Counted from the first letter of the stretch, positions 8,499 through 19,640 are shown. The stretch is DNA of 24,000 bases from Mycobacterium sp. 1274761.0 (GCF_001668615.1 NZ_LZMC01000102.1:99815-123814), one strand, 5' to 3'. The notes: generated from the sequence alone by a model not told the origin. Translations and numbers: made by a program.

Positions 8499-10112
8499 TC
8501 ACCCGATCGCTGCTGGGGCGCTTTGGCTTTCACGGACGGGCGCCTTCGGCAGGAAGGCCGCGGGGAGGTAAGCCAACGCGATCAGTACCGTCGAGATGAC
8601 GAAAACCAGGGTGTAGGCATGGGAAAGGTCGTGTGCTACACGCTCTGCGAAGCCGGGCGAAAGCACCTCCGGCGGTAGGGCGGCGGGGTTCACCGGCGTC
8701 CCATTCGTGCGGGCCGATTCTTCAAGCGCCGCAGCCTTGCCGGCGGCCGCCAGCGCGTCACTCCGGGAGATCTGACTCGTCAAGATCACCGACATCACCG
8801 CCGTGCCGATGGAGCCGGCGACTCGCTGGTTGACGTTCATCAGCGTCGAGCCGCGGGCGACCTGCTCGGGTCGCAGGGTCTGCACGGCCGCGCCGGAGAG
8901 CGGCATCATCGTGCAGCCCATCCCCAAACCGAATACCACAAGTCCCGTCACCAGCACCGGGAAGTAGGCGTCCTGCTGCCAGCTGCCGTAAGCGAATGTG
9001 CCCATCCCGGCGCACATCAGCGTGATCCCGACGAGGACGATTTTTCCCGGGCCCTGCCGATCCATCATGCGACCGGCGATCGGCATGGTGATCATTGCCC
9101 CGAGCCCCTGAGGGACGATATGAACAGCGGACTGGAACGGCGTCTGATGAAAGACCTGCTGAAAATAGCTCGGCAACAACAGGATTGCGCCGAAGAAGGC
9201 GGCGGCGAAAACCAGCATGGCGGCGTTTGCAATCGCCATCACCCGGTCTTTGAACAACCGCAGGTCGATCAGCGGATGGGCGGCCCGCCGCAGCGCATGC
9301 GCGACGAAACCCGCGACGAGAACCACGCCGATCGTCGCGGGTATCCATACGTGCCGGTCGGTCACGTGGGGGTGTTCAGGCAGCGACGAGACCCCGTACA
9401 GGAAGCTCGCCAGGCCCGGTGACAGCAGCAGCATGCCGATGAAGTCGAAGGACTCCGACGGCGACGGACGGTCTTTGGCGAAGATGACGGCCGCTAATAG
9501 GGCTGAGACGATTCCGATCGGCACGTTGATCAGGAAGATCCATTGCCATCCGTGCGAGTCGATGAGCCAGCCGCCCAGGATCGGGCCGCCGACCGGCCCC
9601 AGCAGCATCGGAATCCCCAACACCGCCATCAATCGCCCGAGGCGTCGGGGGCCGGCCTCACGGGTCAGAATCGTGAACGTCAACGGCATGAGCATGCCGC
9701 CGCCCAGCCCTTGGATGACGCGATACGCGATCAGCTGCGTGACGTCGCCGGCCATCGCGCACAGCAGGGAGCCTGCGGTGAACAACACGATGGAGCCGAT
9801 GAAAAGCCTTTTGGTTCCGAAGCGATCCGCCGCCCAGCCCGTCAGCGGAATGACGGCAGCCAGCGCGAGCGTGTAACCGGTCGCCGTCCACGCCACGACC
9901 GCTTGAGATGAGTGGAACTCGCTGATGAACGTGCGCTGCGCGACGTTGACGACGGTGGTATCGAGGATCGTCATGATGGCGGCCAGCACGCAGACGCTGG
10001 TGATCTTCAGAAGCCCAGCGTCGAGACGATCCGGATACTCGTCGCCGCCCCGAGGCGCATCCGGCCCGGCGCCGGGGCCGCGCGGCACTGGGTTGTCGAC
10101 GCGATGCACCAC
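8499..10112 (-). CDS. DHA2/EmrB-QacA family MFS transporter (about 14 TM)
   Basis: ILDTTVVNVAQRTF, WTATGYTLALAAVIPLTGWAADRFGTKRLF, GGGMLMPLTFTILTRE, LGPVGGPILGGWLID. GTG start with AGGAGG 6 nt upstream. Confidence 0.92.
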   Translation of the reverse strand: MVHRVDNPVPRGPGAGPDAPRGGDEYPDRLDAGLLKITSVCVLAAIMTILDTTVVNVAQRTFISEFHSSQAVVAWTATGYTLALAAVIPLTGWAADRFGTKRLFIGSIVLFTAGSLLCAMAGDVTQLIAYRVIQGLGGGMLMPLTFTILTREAGPRRLGRLMAVLGIPMLLGPVGGPILGGWLIDSHGWQWIFLINVPIGIVSALLAAVIFAKDRPSPSESFDFIGMLLLSPGLASFLYGVSSLPEHPHVTDRHVWIPATIGVVLVAGFVAHALRRAAHPLIDLRLFKDRVMAIANAAMLVFAAAFFGAILLLPSYFQQVFHQTPFQSAVHIVPQGLGAMITMPIAGRMMDRQGPGKIVLVGITLMCAGMGTFAYGSWQQDAYFPVLVTGLVVFGLGMGCTMMPLSGAAVQTLRPEQVARGSTLMNVNQRVAGSIGTAVMSVILTSQISRSDALAAAGKAAALEESARTNGTPVNPAALPPEVLSPGFAERVAHDLSHAYTLVFVISTVLIALAYLPAAFLPKAPVRESQSAPAAIG

Positions 10113-10148
10113 GAGCGTCCTCCTGAAGAACAGCTAGACCCGCTAAAG

Positions 10149-10174
10149 ATTCCCGGCTCAGGAGGCGTTCAAAC
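10149..10174 (-). promoter_or_regulatory. Candidate SigF-type promoter for the MFS gene
   Basis: Minus strand reads GTTT (10174-10171), 16-nt spacer, GGGAAT (10154-10149), close to the GTTT-N15-17-GGGTAT consensus reported for mycobacterial SigF. It ends 37 nt before the GTG. Confidence 0.4.
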
Positions 10175-10180
10175 AGGCCG

Positions 10181-10507
10181 TCAGGGGACGTCGGCTTCTG
10201 CGGCCGCCGCGGGTTCGATCGTGGTCAGTTCAGCCAGGCCGCTAATGGTGAAGATGGACATCAAATGCGGATGGGCGATGATGCGAATGTGCTCGGCATG
10301 TAGATACAAGGCGTTCACGGCGGCGCTGTCCAGATAGCCGAGAGCACTGAGGTCGACGGTGAGCGTCTTGCCTGCGGCCTGGTCGATGGCATCCTGTAGC
10401 GCGTCGCGGAATGGGTCGATATTGCTCAAATCCACTTCGCCGACTGCGGTCAGCACGATTTCGCCGTCGTTGCGGCGCACAGTGCCTAGTTCGAGCGGCG
10501 TAGACAT
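10181..10507 (-). CDS. STAS-domain anti-sigma factor antagonist (RsbV/SpoIIAA-like)
   Basis: GEIVLTAVGEVDLSNIDPFRDAL...LTVDLSALGYLDSAAVNALY; a Ser is retained at the usual phosphorylation site (DSAA). Confidence 0.88.
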   Translation of the reverse strand: MSTPLELGTVRRNDGEIVLTAVGEVDLSNIDPFRDALQDAIDQAAGKTLTVDLSALGYLDSAAVNALYLHAEHIRIIAHPHLMSIFTISGLAELTTIEPAAAAEADVP

Positions 10508-13023
10508 CAGGTGATCCTTGCGGCTAGGTGGACCGTGGTCCCGGTGGCCTCAGGAGTGACCGTGACGTCGTGCATGAGCCCTCGCATGAGCGGAAGTCCT
10601 CGGCCGCGGCGGACATCTTTTGGCCCGGGAGGCTTCCACGAGCCCGTATCGGCGATCTTCAGCTGTACTTGGTCGACCTGCACGGTCGCTTCCACAGTGA
10701 TCACGCCTTCCGGATTATCGCGGTGGCCGTGCTCGATGGCGTTCGCAACGGCTTCGCCAGCCGCTACGAGCAGGTTCATGGTCTGATCGGCGTCCACGTG
10801 AGCCCGGGTCAACCAGCTGCGCAGAGCGGCTCGGGTCGGTGCAAGGTTACGAACGTCGGCCGGGAATTTCAGCTCGAGCGGGGCCGGCTGCCGGTACAGC
10901 AGCAGGACAACGTCGTCCTGATAGCCGCCGCTCGGCGCAAGATCGGACATCATCTGATCGGCCAAGTCGTCCAGCGCCAAGGCGCGGCCGTCCCGAACGT
11001 GCCCGACAACGCGAGAGATGCCCTGCTCGAGGGCGCTCTGCCGGCGTTCGACCAAACCGTCGGTATAGAGCACCAGAGTCCCACGCGGCGGGATGGTGAC
11101 TCGCGCTTCGGGACGCGGCCAGTTCGGTCGTATTCCCAAGGCGATGGTGTGGCCGCCGTCGAGCATCTCGGTGGCACCGTCGGAATGAACGAGGACGGGC
11201 GGTGGATGGCCGGCGCTGGAATACACGACTTCCCCGGTGTCCGGATCGAGAATTGCGCAGACGGCGGTAGTGCATTGGGCGCCGGGCAGACGCGCGGCAA
11301 AACGGTCCATACTTGCCAGAGCTGCTGCTGGGCTGGGGTTGTCGAACAGTAGCGCGCGACAGGCACTACGCACCTGTCCCATCACGGTGGCGGCGGCAAG
11401 ATCGTGGCCGACGCAATCGCCGACCACAAGTGCGACGCGCCCGTCGTCGAGATCGACGACGTCATACCAGTCACCACCGACCTGAAGCGGCCGCGTCGCG
11501 GCCTGATATCGCACCGCGTAACCGCGGGGAAGTTGAGCCGGACCGAGGATCGCGTGTTGAAGCGCGAGGGCGGCTTCGCGTTGCTGATCCACCTGATACA
11601 CGCGTTGCAGGCCCTGACCGAGGCGTCCTGCCAGCACCGTCAGCAGGGTCTGATCTTCGAGCGTGAACGGACGCTGCTCGGCGAGATCGATCCATACGAC
11701 GAGCACACCCTCCGGATGCTGCAGCGCGATGCCCGCGGTGCCCGGCTCCGCTACGGTCGGGGTCAGCAGGTCGCCGTCGCGCAGTGAACTGAGCGCCTCG
11801 CGTGTCCGGGATGACAAATCAGACCACTGCGCGAGCTCGCCAACTGACACGAGTTGCGGTGTGTCATAAGCGGTTTCGCCGGAAGTACTGCTGCGGCTCG
11901 GGTATGTCACCGCCAGAACACGCCGTGCCCGCCATTGCCGGCGCAGCTCTTCTGCTGCGGCGTGCAGTGCGGCATCGACGGTATCTGCTTGGGCGAGTTC
12001 TTGATTGAGCGCGTGTTCGCGGCCCGCCGCCAGCGCCAAGGCAATAGCGGCGTGTCGGGCGAAGTCGCTGACGAGGTCGAGGTAGTCGTTGCCGAAGGCT
12101 GGTTGTTGCGGGCCGCGCGCGACGGCGATCACGCCGAGCACCTCGTCGTGCGCGATCAATGGCATGACAATGGCCGACCGTTCACCGACATCGGTGAACC
12201 CCTCGATCGGATACTGGAAAGAGTCGGTGATTAGCGGTATCCCGCGGCGGGCGACACCACCCGTGGTGGAGCCGTCTATCGGAACCTGTCGCCCGATGAC
12301 TTCGGAGGCATACCTGCCCGCTGTAGCGGCGACAACAAGCGTGTCGACCGGGTTGCCGGCCAGCTCGGATTCTTTCGGAACCAGCAGAATCGCCTGCTCC
12401 GCACCGGCCAATTCCAGCGTCAAATTCACGATGAGTTGCAGCGGGCCGATCTTGGGGTCGCCGGACAATAGCGCCGTCGTGATCTCGCGACTGGCCTTCG
12501 TCCATCGCGCCGACTCGCGCTCACGCTCGAAGAGTCGCGCGTTGTCGATTGCGGCGGCTGCCGCGGTGGCCAATGCTCGCACGGCGCCTTCGTGGGAATC
12601 GGTGAACACCCGCTCTGGCCGGTCGTCGGTCAGGTAAAGATCGCCGAAATTCGCTCCCCGGACGATGATCGGAATGCCGAGAACCGCCCGCAGGGACAGA
12701 CCCTCAGCCTTCAGCCTGGACGCCTGCGGATCGGTGCGCAGATCACCTATCCGGAAGCCATCGTCTACCGGGAGTTCGGCCAGCAGCCTCGCGGTCTGGT
12801 CGTCGATACCCGAGTGCACGAACGAGGCGGGGTTGCCGTCGGACCCGCGGATGCACATCGCTGCGAACGGTGCTCCGGTGAGCTCCATCGCCGCATCGAC
12901 GATTCGGTGCAACGTGATATCGAGGTCCAGATCGGAACCGATTTCGACGATCACCCGCAGAAGCTGTTCCATTCGATTGCGGGCCGCGGCGAGCGCGTCA
13001 AACTGCTCAGACATTCGGCTCAC
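10507..13023 (-). CDS. Multidomain sensor: tandem GAF-like domains, SpoIIE/PP2C phosphatase, HATPase_c (RsbW-like) kinase
   Basis: N-terminal GAF-like repeats (LRVIVEIGSDLDLDITLHRIVDAAMELTGAPFAAMCI; LIVNLTLELAGAEQAILLVP); phosphatase motifs GDWYDV and GDCVGHD; HATPase N-box LLVAAGEAVANAIEHGH and GRGLPLMRGL. The stop overlaps the STAS start by 1 nt (TGATG). Confidence 0.9.
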   Translation of the reverse strand: MSRMSEQFDALAAARNRMEQLLRVIVEIGSDLDLDITLHRIVDAAMELTGAPFAAMCIRGSDGNPASFVHSGIDDQTARLLAELPVDDGFRIGDLRTDPQASRLKAEGLSLRAVLGIPIIVRGANFGDLYLTDDRPERVFTDSHEGAVRALATAAAAAIDNARLFERERESARWTKASREITTALLSGDPKIGPLQLIVNLTLELAGAEQAILLVPKESELAGNPVDTLVVAATAGRYASEVIGRQVPIDGSTTGGVARRGIPLITDSFQYPIEGFTDVGERSAIVMPLIAHDEVLGVIAVARGPQQPAFGNDYLDLVSDFARHAAIALALAAGREHALNQELAQADTVDAALHAAAEELRRQWRARRVLAVTYPSRSSTSGETAYDTPQLVSVGELAQWSDLSSRTREALSSLRDGDLLTPTVAEPGTAGIALQHPEGVLVVWIDLAEQRPFTLEDQTLLTVLAGRLGQGLQRVYQVDQQREAALALQHAILGPAQLPRGYAVRYQAATRPLQVGGDWYDVVDLDDGRVALVVGDCVGHDLAAATVMGQVRSACRALLFDNPSPAAALASMDRFAARLPGAQCTTAVCAILDPDTGEVVYSSAGHPPPVLVHSDGATEMLDGGHTIALGIRPNWPRPEARVTIPPRGTLVLYTDGLVERRQSALEQGISRVVGHVRDGRALALDDLADQMMSDLAPSGGYQDDVVLLLYRQPAPLELKFPADVRNLAPTRAALRSWLTRAHVDADQTMNLLVAAGEAVANAIEHGHRDNPEGVITVEATVQVDQVQLKIADTGSWKPPGPKDVRRGRGLPLMRGLMHDVTVTPEATGTTVHLAARIT

Positions 13024-13332
13024 CAGTGCAGAATAAGACCGCCGCTTGGGTGCCGGCGTTCCGGCCCTTGCTCATAGATGAGACCTATTCCTCGTCCGGC
13101 GGATACGGTGTGGCGCCGGAAACGTGCGCCAAGGCTGACTAGCCATGAGCAGCAACGTTCAAACGTCTTGAGGGCCGCAAAGGCTCTTTGGATCGGCAGC
13201 GACGCCGGCCGGTGTCCACTGGGAGGGGCGCCCCCTCTGGTTCAGCAGGCCGGAGCAAAGGAAGTAGGCCAACGTCGCCCGCGCCGAAAGGATTGCAGGG
13301 CCGCTCACCCGCCGAGTGGTATATACGCAGGC

Positions 13333-14073
13333 ATGTCATCGCTAGCGGGCAAAGTCGCGTTGGTGACCGGGGCCTCGTCGGGGCTCGGCGCCGAAACCGT
13401 GCGGCTGTTCTCCCGGGACGGAGCAACGGTTTTCGGTATCGCCAGAGACACCGATCGGCTGGCGCAAGTCTTCGCCGACGTCGAATCGGGCGCCTACACC
13501 GCAGGCGACATCGGGTCAGCGGCGGTGTGCCGTGACGCGGTCGAGCGCTGTGTCGCCGAATTCGGAAGACTCGACGTGCTGGTCAACATCGCCGGCAGCC
13601 ATCGGATGCGCCGCACCGAATCCATGACGGACGACGACTGGGCCGACGACCTCGCGGTGAACCTCAACGGGCCCTTCTTCTTGTGCCGCGCAGCACTTCC
13701 CCACCTGCTCGCAGCCGGCGGCAACATCGTCAACGTGGGCTCGATCGCCGGCGTCGAAGGCCAGGCGTATTCGACCGGCTACTGCGCCGCCAAGCACGGC
13801 CTGATCGGGCTCACCCGAGCGCTGGCTGTGGAGTACACCGCTGCGCGTTTGCGCGTAAACGCGGTGTGCCCGGGCGGAATGATGACACCGCAGATCGAGA
13901 ACTTCTCAGTCCCCGACGAAGCCGACTTCGACCTGATTCTGCGCACGGCCTCGCCGCGCGGCATGATGGCACCCCTCGACGTCGCAAACGTCATCGCATT
14001 TCTCGCCAGCGACGCTGCCGCCGCCGTCCACGGCGCGGTCTATCGCGTCGACAACGGCAAAGGTGCCGGCTGA
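13333..14073 (+). CDS. Short-chain dehydrogenase/reductase (SDR, FabG-like)
   Basis: MSSLAGKVALVTGASSGLGAETVRLF, NIAGS, and YCAAKHGLIGLTRALAVEY catalytic YxxxK. Start set at the internal ATG 13333. Confidence 0.88.
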   Translation: MSSLAGKVALVTGASSGLGAETVRLFSRDGATVFGIARDTDRLAQVFADVESGAYTAGDIGSAAVCRDAVERCVAEFGRLDVLVNIAGSHRMRRTESMTDDDWADDLAVNLNGPFFLCRAALPHLLAAGGNIVNVGSIAGVEGQAYSTGYCAAKHGLIGLTRALAVEYTAARLRVNAVCPGGMMTPQIENFSVPDEADFDLILRTASPRGMMAPLDVANVIAFLASDAAAAVHGAVYRVDNGKGAG

Positions 14074-14075
14074 GT

Positions 14076-14140
14076 CGCCTTTTCAGATAGGCCAACGAAT
14101 CCTCGAGGTGCACCCGCAGCACGGCAGATGCGGCACGCGG
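14076..14140 (-). pseudogene. 3'-terminal remnant of a second WS/DGAT gene
   Basis: Minus strand encodes VPHLP in one frame, then VHLEDSLAYLK after a 1-nt shift. This corresponds to VPHLQRLLVHLEDSLADLE of the intact WS/DGAT at 1190-2563, with visible nucleotide similarity to about 1218-1285. Confidence 0.6.
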
Positions 14141-14159
14141 TGTATTGGCAAGCCCCTGC

Positions 14160-15023
14160 TCAGGGCAGGCCGGTCACCACCGAGGGGTTCCACCCAGGGG
14201 CCTGTGCCCCAGATGTCGATGCCGACGCGTCATAGCCGGGCGGCATGTGATCGGAGCCCTGCGGCGGCGACGCGTAAAGCGGCGTTTGCGAGCCATAACC
14301 TGGCGGCCCGAAGCCCGGAACTTGGTCTGTCCCAGTCAACAATCTGGACGCCACGAAAGCCGCTGCCTGCGTGGTGTATTCGGGCACGTAGCCCTGAGTG
14401 TGCCCGCTCCATGCGTTGCCGGGGCCCGCGTGACAGATCGGATCTGCAGGGTTGCAGAGGTCAATCGCCTTACCGGCATACAGGGCAGTCGCCGAAGGAA
14501 GCTTGGTACCTGCGCGGTTGGCGACGTTGCCGAAGGTGGCAATCGCCGCGATATTGCCCGCCAGGGAGGACGGGAGAGATTCACCCCACGCGATGCCGAC
14601 GATGGGATTACCCGCGACGATGTTGACGACATTCGCGCCCTGCGAATATCCGCCGAGCACGATCTTGGTCTCGGGGCACGACGCCACCGTCGATTTGATG
14701 TGCGAAATCGCGTCCTTGGCGCCGGCACCGCTGCTCAGTTGCAACTTGCCCGCGTCGTAGTTCACCGCATACGTCGCGAAGTCCATCCCGAAAGCCTGCT
14801 CGCGCAGCGAGTCGGCGAAAGCAGCGCCAACTAGGCCCATGCCTTTGGGTTCGTCCGTACCTCTGGCGAACACGACTTCCGCGTCGGCGCAGTCTGCGGC
14901 TGATGCGACCGGCACGGCGTTCGGAACACACTGCAGAACGGCGACTGCGACCAGTGCAACAGCGCCACGCTGGACCGACCGCGCATTCGCCGCCCACGAG
15001 CTAGGTCCGCAGTGGGAGATCAC
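14160..15023 (-). CDS. Secreted cutinase-family serine esterase
   Basis: Signal peptide, then [21 protein letters not shown] and [14 protein letters not shown] (GYSQG nucleophile elbow), then [10 protein letters not shown] and [22 protein letters not shown]. Confidence 0.9.
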   Translation of the reverse strand: MISHCGPSSWAANARSVQRGAVALVAVAVLQCVPNAVPVASAADCADAEVVFARGTDEPKGMGLVGAAFADSLREQAFGMDFATYAVNYDAGKLQLSSGAGAKDAISHIKSTVASCPETKIVLGGYSQGANVVNIVAGNPIVGIAWGESLPSSLAGNIAAIATFGNVANRAGTKLPSATALYAGKAIDLCNPADPICHAGPGNAWSGHTQGYVPEYTTQAAAFVASRLLTGTDQVPGFGPPGYGSQTPLYASPPQGSDHMPPGYDASASTSGAQAPGWNPSVVTGLP

Positions 15024-15268
15024 CCCTGGAATTTACTTCGTAACCAGCAGAAAGGGAGCATCTGCTGCGTTCTCACAGCGAAATCGCATGCCTGTCCGTT
15101 GACAAAACAGCGGGCCATGGTGTCTGGCCCGCTTCGTCTGACCTGGCGATACACGTTCACCGGGACTCACTGGGACTGACCGAATTGACCGGATTTACCT
15201 GTAACTGTGACCAAATGTGCACGCGAATGGGGCGTTGACCGCCAGTTCCATCGGCGTCCTCAGGTGCA

Positions 15269-15532
15269 GCAGCTGCTGAAAAAGGCGTCGACATCACAGC
15301 CGAGCAACCAAAACGCTGGACCGACGACATGCTTCAAGCCGCCGACGTTGTGGTCACAATGGGTTGCGGTGACACATGCGCGTTCATTCCGGGTCGCCGC
15401 TACGAGGATTGGACGCTGCCAGATCCCGCCGGCCAACCGGTTGACGCTGTGCGACCGATCGGCGACCAGATTGAGAACAGGGTGCGCACACTCTTGAATC
15501 AACTCGGCATCCGTGCACGGCCCTTGAAATGA
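15269..15532 (+). pseudogene. arsC: N-terminally truncated arsenate reductase (LMW-PTP/ArsC type)
   Basis: Reads AAAAEKGVDITAEQPKRWTDDMLQAADVVVTMGCGDTCAFIPGRRYEDWTLPDPAGQPVDAVRPIGDQIENRVRTLLNQLGI. No clear N-terminal CxxNxxRS phosphate loop is found upstream. Confidence 0.7.
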
Positions 15533-15681
15533 CCGCGAATTGACCTGTTGCCAGCACCCGAAGGCTCAACGGCCAGTCTCGTGAAATATTGCGGATTGCG
15601 GTATCAGATCAACCACCCGCACATACAGACGAGAACTCGGCCCGTACTGCGCGACGGGAACCCTGTCAGGGAGGTGCGGCT

Positions 15682-16465
15682 GTGAGTGCGTGGTTGGCCA
15701 TATACCCTCGTGGCTGCTGTTGAGCGGCGTCATTGTCGTCGTCACCGAACTGTCATTCTCGTCCAGATATTTGTGCGTCGCAGGTTCCTCGGGCTTCGGG
15801 GTGAAGAGCACAACGACGTGATCCGCTTCGCTTTTGGCGTCATCGGATTCGTATTCGCGTTCTTCATAGGCTTTGTCGTCTCCGCGATGTGGGGCCAGAT
15901 CAACGACGCAGATGGAAGAGCACGAATTGAAGGGGCTTCCGGGGTTCAACTGGCCAGCCACCTCGACGTGTTCGATAACCCGACAGCGACCGGTTACGAG
16001 GCGCACTGTTGGAGTATGAGAAAGCCGCTTTGACCGAATGGGACGAAGCGGCAAGAGGGCGCACCTACCCGCCAGCCGATCAAGCGCTGCACGGCCTGCG
16101 CTCCGCCTACGAACGGGTTCAGGCACGTACCGATGTGCAAAAGACTATGCTCGCGAACTCGTTCACCGATCTCGACAACCTCAGCCAGGCCCGCACCCAG
16201 CGCGTCCTCCAAGCGCGAACCGATGTTGGGCCGCCGTGGTCGCTATGGGCGGTCATCTTCCTCACCGGTGGCCTGCTCCCTGGCCTGCGCGGTCATCTAT
16301 GGGGTCGAGAAGCGTGCAACCCATTTCACAATGGTTGCCATCTTGGGTGTGCTTGTCGGCACAATCCTTTTTCTTGTCATGATGCTGTCGCACCCATTCA
16401 TCGGCGAAATCGCCACGTCCCCGGAGCCGCTGCGCGAGGTCACGCGCGTGCTGTCGACGAACTAG
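15682..16465 (+). pseudogene. DUF4239-family membrane protein gene with several frameshifts
   Basis: Coding is spread over three frames: HIPSWLLLSGVIVVVT (frame 3), VILVQIFVRRRFLGLRGEEHNDVIRFAFGVIGFVFAFFIGFVVSAMWGQINDADGRARIEG (frame 2), LLEYEKAALTEWDEAARGR...TDVGPPWSLWAVIFLTGGLL (frame 1), then LACAVIYGVEKRATHFTMVAILGVLVGTILFLVMMLSHPFIGEIATSPEPLREVTRVLSTN (frame 2). Confidence 0.8.
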
Positions 16466-16531
16466 TCCTAACGCGGCGACGCAGATGGTTCTTCAACTCG
16501 CTGCTCGAGCATTTTCCGTTGCAGCAGCTGG

Positions 16532-18313
<1,782 letters not shown>

Positions 18314-18597
18314 CTATGATGCCCCGCACCGCATTTACATTCGAGTACCCCTTTCGGCGTGTCGCCCTACCCGGACCGGCCAGCGACACTGAGCTTTTCG
18401 AATTGAACGCGCGGGATCGTGGTGCGCTGCAGTGGCATCACGCGTTGAACTGCGGAAACGTCATCTATCAGTCCGCAAAACGACGGGAAAGTATGCAAAA
18501 TCAGCGCAGCCATATGCGAACAGCGTTGACGGCGGCAACGAGCCGGCACGTTGTTTTGGTCGAGCGCGGTCAGGGCCTTTGGCCCGGTCGAGCGCGG

Positions 18598-19038
18598 TCA
18601 GAGGGTTCGGTTGTCAGACGGGAGGGTGGACTGATCGTCGGGTGTATAGGTGAAATAGCCAGGCCCCAGCCAATTCTTGACTGTCGGATACATCGCTGCG
18701 CGGAAGACTTCGACTGCTGGCAGCGGCCGATATGCTGCGATCCGCTTCCTGATCAGTCCGTGATCGTCGTCCTCGATCAGTTCCAAGATCTCGAGATCGC
18801 GGCCGCCAATCTGACCCTGCCACTGCAAGAATGTGGTGCGCTGGTCGAGTTTGTCTTCACGCACATAGTGGCCGGAACGAACGTGTGACGACAGTGCCCA
18901 AATGCGGCCGACGAGTTCGCGGCCGGCCACCACCTTTACCAAGATCGGAGTGTGGAACTCAATATCGTCGGACAGGAGGGCCGAAACTTCCTCCGGGGTG
19001 TTGTTCCCCCGCTCTCGGAGTGCACGCAATGGATGCAT
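18598..19038 (-). CDS. SnoaL-like/NTF2-fold protein
   Basis: 146-aa protein with NNTPEEVSALLSDDIEFHTPILVKVVAGRELVGRIWAL...GRDLEILELIEDDDHGLIRKRIAAYRPLPAVEVFRAAMY, an NTF2-like fold pattern. Confidence 0.7.
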   Translation of the reverse strand: MHPLRALRERGNNTPEEVSALLSDDIEFHTPILVKVVAGRELVGRIWALSSHVRSGHYVREDKLDQRTTFLQWQGQIGGRDLEILELIEDDDHGLIRKRIAAYRPLPAVEVFRAAMYPTVKNWLGPGYFTYTPDDQSTLPSDNRTL

Positions 19039-19115
19039 CACCAGATCCTTCAATTGGATGAGCTATGACCGAACTTGGGTCTGCCGCGGCGATCCCGTTG
19101 GCTGTGGCCGCTATT

Positions 19116-19640
19116 TCAAGGGATAGACACCTGCGCCAGAGCCGGAGGGACGTCGACGCCCATCGCGGCCAACACCCCAGCGACTTTGTGGTCCAGTTCT
19201 CTTCCGACCGCCGCAACGTCCGCCCTGTCGCCCAGACTGCCGAACAGCATGCTGGGCTGGTCGATGACCAATACAGCCTCGCCGGCGTCGTCGGCGTAGA
19301 TGAGCAGCCGTAGGGGTGCATACAGCATCGTCGCGGGCTCATGGCGATACATTCGCTCGGCGATCGTGTGATTGCCCACGAGATACTCGATACCTGGCCG
19401 GTCGGTTCCCGAGGTGCGCATGTACGGCAGCGCATCGATTGACCCGAAACGCATCAGCCCCAATGGCGCAATGGCGTGGACAAGCGCAACATTCTCCTCC
19501 CAGCTGTTCAAGGACTGGAACCGTTGCGCCTCGATCGGCGGTACAAGGCGTTCAAAGTCCGCGGTGGCGTCGTCGTACGCTCGACCAAGCGGCAGCTGCC
19601 ATCGCCGTATCACGTGCTCAGTGAAATTTCCGTGGGCCAT
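19116..19640 (-). CDS. DUF302-domain protein
   Basis: MRYEP/MYRHEPATMLYAPLRLLIYADDAGEAVLVIDQPSMLFGSLGD...VAAVGRELDHKVAGVLAAMG. Start at the internal ATG (MAHGNFTEHV). Confidence 0.7.
   Translation of the reverse strand: MAHGNFTEHVIRRWQLPLGRAYDDATADFERLVPPIEAQRFQSLNSWEENVALVHAIAPLGLMRFGSIDALPYMRTSGTDRPGIEYLVGNHTIAERMYRHEPATMLYAPLRLLIYADDAGEAVLVIDQPSMLFGSLGDRADVAAVGRELDHKVAGVLAAMGVDVPPALAQVSIP

Noticed and set aside
13139-13426. Minus-strand ORF in the gap before the SDR gene
   Set aside because: Arg/Pro-rich, no domain and overlaps the SDR start; typical high-GC spurious ORF.
13078-14073. 331-aa version of the SDR
   Set aside because: The SDR fold begins at MSSLAGKVALVTG (13333); the upstream 85 codons are low-complexity and not family-like.
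15130-15210. Short repeated phrases (gggactcactgggactgaccgaattgaccgg) considered as a tRNA or integration site
   Set aside because: No cloverleaf, no full-length tRNA 3' end and only very short imperfect repeats.
15566-16126. 186-aa minus-strand ORF
   Set aside because: Antisense to the DUF4239 remnant; no recognisable motif.
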